A stretch of DNA of 64,000 nucleotides, taken from positions 128,001 to 192,000 of IMG/VR virus record IMGVR_UViG_3300028591_000070, one strand, 5' to 3'. Of the stretch, positions 50,917 through 58,040 are shown piece by piece (the first letter of the stretch is position 1; each line of letters starts with the position of its first letter). The stretch comes from a virus. Its lineage: Duplodnaviria > Caudoviricetes. Under the pieces are notes generated by a model. The model was given only the letters and a program-made list of their open reading frames with translations. It did no database searches and had not been told where the DNA came from. A program made the translations under genes and the position numbers.

Positions 50917-51062
50917 AGACTAAAGTATCTATCAAATAAGTATTATTTTCTAAGATGCTACCATTACACCAAACCGCCACGAAATGGCGGCCCGTGGACT
51001 CGAACCACGACTCTTCCTTTATGAGTGGAATCGAAGTAACTCATTCGAACTGCATTTAGTCT
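50917..51062 (-). ncRNA. YrlA-like Y RNA with permuted tRNA domain retaining a CAT anticodon hairpin
   Basis: AATGCAG..GAGTTACTTCG; ttcca-CTCATAA-aggaa; T arm; closed acceptor gccgcca/tggcggt; D arm. Confidence 0.8.
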
Positions 51063-51066
51063 ATAT

Positions 51067-51163
51067 TCACGGGAACTGGATTCGAACCAATACCTATAGC
51101 CGTACGTCTATCGCTCATCCATGACCTCAGGGCCCTGCGACCACTTTTTAAGCTATCCCGTGA
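51067..51163 (-). ncRNA. Degenerate tRNA-shell RNA
   Basis: cacggga/tcccgtg acceptor plus T arm; non-canonical middle. Confidence 0.5.
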
Positions 51164-51168
51164 TAAAA

Positions 51169-51239
51169 TTCTCCCGCTAGGACTCGAACCCAGCCTGTAA
51201 GGATCAAAACCTCATGTGCGACCGCTACACCACAGGAGA
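51169..51239 (-). tRNA. tRNA-Gln(TTG)
   Basis: tgagg-TTTTGAT-cctta, U1-A72. Confidence 0.88.
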
Positions 51240-51246
51240 ATATAAG

Positions 51247-51321
51247 TAGTTCCACAGGGATTCGAACCCTGGATCTCCACCTTGAGAGGGTGGCGTGTTT
51301 AGCCAAGTACACTATGGAACC
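51247..51321 (-). tRNA. tRNA-Glu(CTC)
   Basis: ccacc-CTCTCAA-ggtgg. Confidence 0.9.
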
Positions 51322-52165
51322 ATGTTTTTTGGAATAAGTGTGCCATCTTTTAACCAAGCTTTTGGAGTAAAATTTGGCATAGGTTGTAGTGTCTCAAAAG
51401 ACCACCAAGCATTATCCTTTTCATCCCAAAGACCATAGCCAATACCTTTAGAACCATCGCTGTTGAAACCAACTAAAAGAACAACTCCTTGCTCTTTACC
51501 AACTTCTAAGTTATAGTTCCAAACAGCTTCAACTGTTTCTATCATATAAAGAATATTAACAAAAAAGGATAAAACTTTTTTAATTTAGTTCGTTTTGCTG
51601 ACTTCACAGCGTGCTTACTCTTCATTAGCAAGACTTACCGTTTATAACTATCTAAACTCAACGCTTTATTCCGCTCCTTAGCTTGACAAACAAATTAAAG
51701 ATAGCTGCTAGAGTACCAATTTAATGGTATGGGTTATTTTCGCGAAGGTGAACTACACCTTCTTTATTACTCTCTAGCCTTCCCAACCTGACTTATACAG
51801 GACCTATCCGCTGAACGGATTCAGTGCACCTTTTTGGTAAGCGGTGTGGTATACTGCATATGTATCACCGGTAGTTTTAATCTCTATATATAGATTATAC
51901 CAAAACTAAGACTTTTGTTCAATTTTTCTTTTGTAAGAAATAATATCTCCAGTCTTTTTTAATAGTTCAATAACTTCTTCATTAGTTGTTACTTTTTCTC
52001 TGAGAATAGTTGCACCACAAGGAATCCACATTCCAAAAGTAGCAAGATTCTCAGTTGGATTTATAGAACATCCATACCCATTTCTACCAGTATTTTTAAA
52101 CATTCTACTGTTTAAGTCTTTTCTTTCATAAGAACCAATTCTTAAAGGTAAAGTTTCTAAATCTA

Positions 52166-53209
52166 TCATAATAGTCCTAATAATTTTAATAATGCAATGT
52201 CAGTATTTGAATAACTTTTTGGAGCAATATCATAAGGTGTATATTCCAACTCATCCATTTTTTCAGTATCTAATATTCTATAAGTGTTGTGGTCTCTTGT
52301 ATCTGTTAAAATTAAATGCTTATTTTTATAAACATAATTTTTATTTCCACATTCAGTGTGGCCTACAACCTGATATTTAATTCCTCTTGGCCAGTTATCT
52401 TGCAATAAAGAGTCTGGTCTTATCCATACACAACTTTCTCCTGAACTATCGCCTGTATTACTCCAACCGCAATGTTCAAAAACTTCTGCATTATATGGGT
52501 CACCTTTATTAGGTGAATGAAATACCTCATTTAAAAACTTATATGATGCATACTTATAATAATCTTTTTTATAAGATTGCATTTCTTCAAAAGTTTTATT
52601 TATCTGATCTTGAAGGTTGGCCTGAATTTTTCTATATTCAGCAATTCGCGATTTTTCTTCTTCTGTTTCTGCATTTACAAGAGAAAAAATCATTCCATCA
52701 AAATAAACTTCATTTATATTATGAGATTTATAATCTAAATCAGTATATCTATCCATGAGTTCTTGTGGAACATCATCAAATTCATGCTTTAAGTTTATAA
52801 AATACTTTACATGCTGAAGCCACTGTTGCGATACTCCTGCATGAGAGAATAAAATATTATCTACTTTATAGATGATATTAAGCTTGTCAATATTATCTAC
52901 AAACATCTTTTTATACTTATCAGCATATTCATAGTGATGGCCACTAACACATTCGCCATTTCTAGTTTGAGCTAAATAACTTAAACAATGATTTCCAAAT
53001 AATAGTTCAAACTTCTCAGGCTCTTTATCCTTAAATTCAATAAGTTGACTAAAACCATCTATCATTGGCTGACCATTAAGATCTTCATCAAAGTCGTCAA
53101 CATAGTCACCTAAAACAACAACTTTATCGACTTCATCTTTATGGTCTTTAATATTTTGGAGAGCTGCAGCATAATTACCATGAATATCTGGTATAACTAA
53201 AATCTTCAT
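52166..53209 (-). CDS. Calcineurin-like metallophosphoesterase with coiled-coil insertion
   Basis: 'PDIHG', 'LGDYVD', 'GNH', 'SHAG', 'WIRP', 'VGHT'. Confidence 0.9.
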   Translation of the reverse strand: MKILVIPDIHGNYAAALQNIKDHKDEVDKVVVLGDYVDDFDEDLNGQPMIDGFSQLIEFKDKEPEKFELLFGNHCLSYLAQTRNGECVSGHHYEYADKYKKMFVDNIDKLNIIYKVDNILFSHAGVSQQWLQHVKYFINLKHEFDDVPQELMDRYTDLDYKSHNINEVYFDGMIFSLVNAETEEEKSRIAEYRKIQANLQDQINKTFEEMQSYKKDYYKYASYKFLNEVFHSPNKGDPYNAEVFEHCGWSNTGDSSGESCVWIRPDSLLQDNWPRGIKYQVVGHTECGNKNYVYKNKHLILTDTRDHNTYRILDTEKMDELEYTPYDIAPKSYSNTDIALLKLLGLL

Positions 53210-53450
53210 ATATGAAAAATATTAACTCTGTTTAAAATAAAAAATGTCGGGGATTTCTATTGAGTACCCCGACAGTCATCTCTCATACCAAGTTTACGAT
53301 AGCCTTGGCACATTGGGTTGTTATCCCAGCAGAATTGCAATCAACTCTGCAAAAAAGCTTTAAGGTTTGCTATATCGCAAGCTTATGAACCATAGATTGT
53401 TTCACCACCAAGTTTATCTGGTAGAAACGAAATTCTATCGCAAAACAGTA

Positions 53451-53527
53451 TCTCGGGTGATGGAATCGAACCATCCCGATATCGAGCTTATGAGGCTCGT
53501 AAGCCACAACCAGTGCTTCAACCCGAA
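53451..53527 (-). tRNA. tRNA-Met/Ile2(CAT) (operon C)
   Basis: cgagc-CTCATAA-gctcg. Confidence 0.75.
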
Positions 53528-53528
53528 T

Positions 53529-53655
53529 TGCCAAATGCTGGACTTGAACCAACCTACCATATCACTTCCGTAACTAATCAAACCTTAATTAAGGTTTTAA
53601 GGTTGTGCTCCACAACCAATCTTAGGTGATATCCTCTGCCTTTCGAGACTTGGCA
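53529..53655 (-). ncRNA. tRNA-shell RNA with two hairpins replacing the anticodon loop
   Basis: gccaag/tttggc acceptor, D-like arm, atatcac/gtgatat stem, T arm. Confidence 0.6.
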
Positions 53656-53663
53656 TAAAAAAC

Positions 53664-53789
53664 AGTTTAAGAATACTTCAAACGGTTTGCTGCTGAGCAG
53701 CGAGATTGGGACCTTTCCCATCATCCAATGAATGGCGGATAATATAAGAATCGAACTTATGAAGTAACCGTCCAAAACTGCATTAAACT
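53664..53789 (-). ncRNA. YrlA-like Y RNA, permuted (T arm, closed acceptor, D-like hairpin)
   Basis: AATGCAG..CGGTTACTTC; ATAAGTTCGATTCTTAT. Confidence 0.75.
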
Positions 53790-53793
53790 ATAG

Positions 53794-53866
53794 AGTACCA
53801 GAAGGGACTCGAACCCTCTACATCCGACTTGGAAGGACGGCGCTCTACCAGATGAGCTACTGATAC
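53794..53866 (-). tRNA. tRNA-Gly(TCC) (operon C)
   Basis: Loop CTTCCAA, U73. Confidence 0.88.
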
Positions 53867-53873
53867 ATAAAAA

Positions 53874-54011
53874 ACATTTTAAGTAAAACGAAAAGAGTGT
53901 TGAATCAGCTTTCAGTGGGGATCGAACCCACAAATATTCATTAACAGTGAATTGTTTAACCATTAAACTACAAAAGTATTGAAGTAACTCTTTTCAACTG
54001 CATTAAAATGT
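53874..54011 (-). ncRNA. Y-RNA module enclosing a complete non-permuted tRNA-Asn(GTT)-like cloverleaf
   Basis: AATGCAG..GAGTTACTTC; attca-CTGTTAA-tgaat; D and T arms. Confidence 0.75.
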
Positions 54012-54014
54012 CTC

Positions 54015-54087
54015 TAGTCCATGAGGGAGTCGAACCCACGTCTTTTGGATGAAAACCAAATGGCGACTGCCGTTAGCCGAATGGACC
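54015..54087 (-). tRNA. tRNA-Glu(TTC) (operon C)
   Basis: tttgg-TTTTCAT-ccaaa. Confidence 0.85.
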
Positions 54088-54094
54088 ATAAAAA

Positions 54095-54235
54095 ACAACT
54101 AAGAAAAAATTGAACAGTACGTTTTTACCTGCTCTACCAACTGAGCTACATCTCCACGAATTGGAGACGACTGGATTCGAACCAATGACACGGGGTTTTC
54201 AAGACCGAAGTAACTGTTACGTCTGCATTAGTTGT
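54095..54235 (-). ncRNA. YrlA-like Y RNA with permuted tRNA-Phe-derived domain
   Basis: AATGCAG..CAGTTACTTCG; TTGAAAA-ccccgtgtc; T arm; closed acceptor gtctcca/tggagat; TAGCTCAGTTGGTAGAGC. Confidence 0.82.
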
Positions 54236-54314
54236 ATTATTATGTGGGGCATTACTTTTTAAGAACACCGTCGCATTCTTAATTGTCACCGTCGCAACAT
54301 AAAGTTTTGCCTCT

Positions 54315-54387
54315 TAGTTCTTGCGAGATTCGAACTCACTCCTCGTCCTTGAAAGGGACGCGACTCAACCAATTTGTCCTAAGAACC
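54315..54387 (-). tRNA. tRNA-Glu(TTC) (operon C)
   Basis: cgtcc-CTTTCAA-ggacg. Confidence 0.9.
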
Positions 54388-54478
54388 ATGGCGGCCAACG
54401 GTTTAATTTTAGGTGGAACCTCAGGTCTGTAAAAACCACCTTATTTTTAGGATTTAATCTTATAATCCGCAAAGAATA

Positions 54479-54549
54479 AGCTACGTGTAGGAGTCGAACC
54501 CACCTCTCTTGATTACAGGTCAAGACCTCAACCGATAAGACAACGTAGC
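54479..54549 (-). tRNA. tRNA-Thr(TGT) (operon C)
   Basis: cttga-CCTGTAA-tcaag. Confidence 0.8.
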
Positions 54550-54701
54550 ATATAAAAATTATAAAAGAAACCGCGAAAAACTTTTACTGAATGTTACACT
54601 TTGCCTACTTGCACAAGGCCACTCTCACACTCTTTCAGCTTACTGTCATAGACAGCTTACCTTTCAACCCATTACAAGTTCCTGGGCTCGATTTTTTATA
54701 G

Positions 54702-54776
54702 TTTCGGAAATAGGAGTCGAACCTACTATTTCTAGCTTATGAGGCTAGCGTGATAAATCCGTTTCACTCTTCCGGA
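54702..54776 (-). tRNA. tRNA-Met(CAT) (operon C)
   Basis: ctagc-CTCATAA-gctag. Confidence 0.82.
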
Positions 54777-54850
54777 CGGGATAGGCGGGACTCGAACCCG
54801 CGACCTTCGCGCTGACAACGCGTCGAGCTAACCAACTGCTCCACAACCCC
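54777..54850 (-). tRNA. tRNA-Asp(GTC) (operon C)
   Basis: Loop TTGTCAG, G73. Confidence 0.85.
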
Positions 54851-54991
54851 AAAAAATGTTTGATGTTTTAAGTGTTATCGTCTCACTAGGGATTAATCGT
54901 TTGTCCACTATCGTTATCATAGTGAGCACGAGGAATCCTCCACCATCAGCTCTTTAGAGAAGCTGAAAACTCCTGTTTACTTAAAAACATA

Positions 54992-55064
54992 CGGTTTGTG
55001 CGAGAATCGAACTCGCCATCCCCTGCGTGACAGGCAGGTGTGATAACCGATACACTAACAAACC
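54992..55064 (-). tRNA. tRNA-Asp(GTC) (operon C)
   Basis: cctgc-CTGTCAC-gcagg, G73. Confidence 0.9.
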
Positions 55065-55070
55065 ATAAAG

Positions 55071-55156
55071 TGCTCAGGGGGAGATTCGAACTCCCTGCGT
55101 ATCTTACGTGTCGGTTTTACAGACCGATGCTACTCCACCATCGTAGCCGCCTAAGC
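55071..55156 (-). tRNA. tRNA-Tyr(GTA) (operon C)
   Basis: tcggt-CTGTAAA-accga, long V arm. Confidence 0.9.
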
Positions 55157-55167
55157 ATAATTTTTAG

Positions 55168-55239
55168 CTGGCCGTGCGAGAGTTGAACTCGCCTAGGCGG
55201 ATTAACAGTCCGCTGCCTAAACCGATTGGCTAACGACCA
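55168..55239 (-). tRNA. tRNA-Asn(GTT), first gene of operon C
   Basis: gcgga-CTGTTAA-tccgc, G73. Confidence 0.9.
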
Positions 55240-55241
55240 AT

Positions 55242-55280
55242 AAAATAAAAAAGCTCTCCGAAAGGAGAGCTCATAAAACT
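55242..55280 (-). terminator. Attenuator terminator C
   Basis: RNA agcucucc-uuuc-ggagagcu plus U-tract; 5' arm complementary to the end of leader C. Confidence 0.85.
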
Positions 55281-55300
55281 TTTTTAATTATATAGTTTTA

Positions 55301-55402
55301 TTAACTCTCTCTTTTATACAAAGTAGTTTCTTCTGTCCCATAATCATATGTTACATTTTCATAAGAGAAATTATTATTGTAATCATAATTCATAGTAAAC
55401 AT
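55301..55402 (-). CDS. Leader peptide C: MFTMNYDYNNNFSYENVTYDYGTEETTLYKRES
   Basis: SD ggagg; 23 of the first 27 residues are M/N/Y/D/T/E/G, the tRNA set of operon C. Confidence 0.85.
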   Translation of the reverse strand: MFTMNYDYNNNFSYENVTYDYGTEETTLYKRES

Positions 55403-55789
55403 TGAAAATCTACTCCTCCAAATTAAGTTTTATATTTTAATTAGTACAATCATTAAAAATGATTGATGTATTTATATTAACATACTTTTGAAAAGTATGC
55501 TAAATATTTTCAAAGAAAAGCTCCAAAACTTTCAACTGATTAGAAAGAAAAAAGCTTATGCTAAAGCTCGATCCAACTTGCTACAATAGGGTAAGCTAAG
55601 CTGATTGTCCATACTTTAGTTTCATTAATCGGGGATGCCCGATTAAAGGCAACCTTCCACCACCAAGTTTCATTAATGTTTCTGAGAAGGAAGCTTCAAA
55701 AAACCTGGAAACAAATACCTTATTTAGAATATACTCAAATCTTATAAAAAGTTCAAGTAATTTCTAATGTTTTTCCATTTACAAATAAA

Positions 55790-56155
55790 TGGACTATGTG
55801 GGAATCGAACCCACGTCCGAACTACTCAGCACTAATAGAACTTCTACTAGATGGTGTCTTAGGTTAGTTTTTCTTGGACCTAGCAATATCAACTATAGAA
55901 CTGTTCACTAAAATTGAAGTTGACACAAAATTAGCTACTCGACTCGGTTTAGTAACAACATTTAAGATACTGAGTCTTCCTACTCAAATGCCGTCGGAAA
56001 AGATTATACTCTTCCGATTAAGCTACAAGGCGAGCTGCCTTGCGAGCTGTTCTGCTTGTTCTGTTAGCATTTATTTGGTCTTTGACTAGTTTTTTCTCTA
56101 GGTTCTGCCATCATTCTACCAGCCATTTTATAGCCGTCGAAACCGGGAATAGCCC
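55790..56155 (-). ncRNA. ssrA: tmRNA; tag reading frame 56068-56018 = ANRTSRTARKAARLVA*
   Basis: 5' GGGCTAT..GGTTTCGAC, 3' GACGTGGGTTCGATTCCCACATAGTCCA with G3-U70; resume context ataaatGCT. Confidence 0.9.
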
Positions 56156-56201
56156 GAATAATTTTATATTAACACCCTCTTTTCAGAGGGTATTATTTTA
56201 T

Positions 56202-56588
56202 TTAGTTACGAATACCAAGGAAACCAAGTGGACAAGAATATTCTTTACCAGAACCATTTGCAATGCGGAGAATATTCTTAGGACGAGTAGTATTGAAACC
56301 AATAACCTTGTAAGAATGGCCATCATTTCCAAGATACCACTTATCATATTCTACCTTTTTAACCAAGGTGTTCTTCCAATAAGCTTTGCTCTGTTCAGCA
56401 AGCCAAAGTTCTTTTGATGAAGTTTCATCAGTACCAACATTCTTTACTTCCAAACGAGTGTGAAAATCATTTGTATTGTAAGTAATATTACCCAGTCTGA
56501 TAGATACTCCATACTGAGCTTCCAAAGCAGCCACAGCCTTAGCAAAATCTTCTCTAAACTGTGGCAATGTAGTTTTGTTCATTTTCAT
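56202..56588 (-). CDS. Hypothetical phage protein
   Basis: SD gagg, clean ORF. Confidence 0.6.
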   Translation of the reverse strand: MKMNKTTLPQFREDFAKAVAALEAQYGVSIRLGNITYNTNDFHTRLEVKNVGTDETSSKELWLAEQSKAYWKNTLVKKVEYDKWYLGNDGHSYKVIGFNTTRPKNILRIANGSGKEYSCPLGFLGIRN

Positions 56589-56644
56589 AGTATTTACCTC
56601 TTATATAGAGTATACCACCATGAAAAGATTTATTCAGAAATATT

Positions 56645-56953
56645 TTATTCTTTTTTAAGTTTATCTTTAATAGATTTAATAAAACTGAGAATATAGCTAT
56701 AACAGAACTGAGCAACACCTACAGTACCAACAGCAATAATAATTGCTCTCAATACACCTGTAGCAACTGAAGTCTTATCAAAAAGAGCTCCTACTAAAGA
56801 AACACCCACACCTACCAAAGCTTCAAAAACAATACCTATAATTGTTTTTACCTTTGGATTCATAGTTGCTATTGGGAACAAATTCTTAACAACATCAACA
56901 TAACCTACAGCAATTACAGATGCAATTAAAACACTCAAAATTAAATTTACCAT
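56645..56953 (-). CDS. Small multi-TM membrane protein (holin-like)
   Basis: Three hydrophobic segments and a basic C-terminus; SD aaggag before MVNLILS. Confidence 0.5.
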   Translation of the reverse strand: MVNLILSVLIASVIAVGYVDVVKNLFPIATMNPKVKTIIGIVFEALVGVGVSLVGALFDKTSVATGVLRAIIIAVGTVGVAQFCYSYILSFIKSIKDKLKKE

Positions 56954-56975
56954 TATAATTTCTCCTTTATTAAAT

Positions 56976-58040
56976 TTAGTTCTGCAAACAATCAGCAAGT
57001 TCTTTTCCCATATCTGATGAAGCAACCTTTTCAAGGAATTCATGCTGCCAATTTAAGATTTTATTTTTCAACTCGGCATCACCAAAAATCTTAGCATAAT
57101 TTGTTTCAAGATCTTTTCTATTTTTGATATAAACTTCTGGGAATGGGCTAATCACATGCTTAGAGTCAAATGCATCTTCAAAGAAAACAATACAGTCTGC
57201 CATCATAGACTCATATACTCTTCGAGTAACAAATCCATCATTATAATGCTTTTCCTGCATAATACAAGTTGATTTACCTTCAGCATTCTTGGCTATAACT
57301 TCTGTACACTTAACCTTTGCAAACTTTTCACCTTTATAGTTATTAAGTTTTTCAATCTTAAGATTTCCATAAAGAGCCGTCTTCAAATTTGAACAGAAAA
57401 ACTCATTGAATGATTTAATACGAACATCTCTACGAGCACTACCACCATAAATAAAGTCGAATAGTCCTTTATTTGGAACCATCTTTGATTTGTAGTCTCC
57501 ATATAAAACCATTTTTCCAGAGTCAAAATAAACTACATTATCAACTGTCCATTCTTTTGAGTTTTCTTTTCTTGCAAAATCCAAATCCTTAAAAGATGAG
57601 ATAACCATAATAGGCTTATCAATATGAACATCTTCTGGTTTAACATCTTCAAATGTTTTTGATTTCAAAACTTTGCTAAGCTGTGTCGCCTTTAATAAAG
57701 AGTCATTGAAGAAATAATAAAGTTTTGCATTTGTTTTCTTTAAAAACTTAAACAAATAAACTGTATCAGCTGGAACAACACCACCAAAACAGTTGATGGA
57801 CCCATTCATAATGATAATCTGGTCAAACTTATTTGGGTCTGAATAATAAAAACTTTCTACAGGTTTAGAGCGTCCTCCAAAAAGTCCTTGAGGTTTTGCA
57901 GGAGGTTCTTTTTCATTCTGAAGAATTCTGCAGTCCAACCCTTGGCTCTTAAGAAGATTCATAACTCCAATAATTTCATCAGAGTTCGAATTTTTTCCTT
58001 CATAAACTGAACTACCTGCAAGATTACAAATTCCAATCAT
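56976..58040 (-). CDS. bgt: T4 beta-glucosyltransferase-like DNA glycosyltransferase
   Basis: 'NGSINCFGG', 'DFIYGGSARR', 'HYNDGFVTRRVYESM', 'DSKH' parallel T4 BGT motifs. Confidence 0.85.
   Translation of the reverse strand: MIGICNLAGSSVYEGKNSNSDEIIGVMNLLKSQGLDCRILQNEKEPPAKPQGLFGGRSKPVESFYYSDPNKFDQIIIMNGSINCFGGVVPADTVYLFKFLKKTNAKLYYFFNDSLLKATQLSKVLKSKTFEDVKPEDVHIDKPIMVISSFKDLDFARKENSKEWTVDNVVYFDSGKMVLYGDYKSKMVPNKGLFDFIYGGSARRDVRIKSFNEFFCSNLKTALYGNLKIEKLNNYKGEKFAKVKCTEVIAKNAEGKSTCIMQEKHYNDGFVTRRVYESMMADCIVFFEDAFDSKHVISPFPEVYIKNRKDLETNYAKIFGDAELKNKILNWQHEFLEKVASSDMGKELADCLQN

Noticed and set aside
35361-54214. Recurrent GAAGTAAC motif as a CRISPR repeat
   Set aside because: It is short, dispersed and irregularly spaced, sits inside stem-closed modules, and there are no cas genes. 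A Y-RNA handle explains it better.
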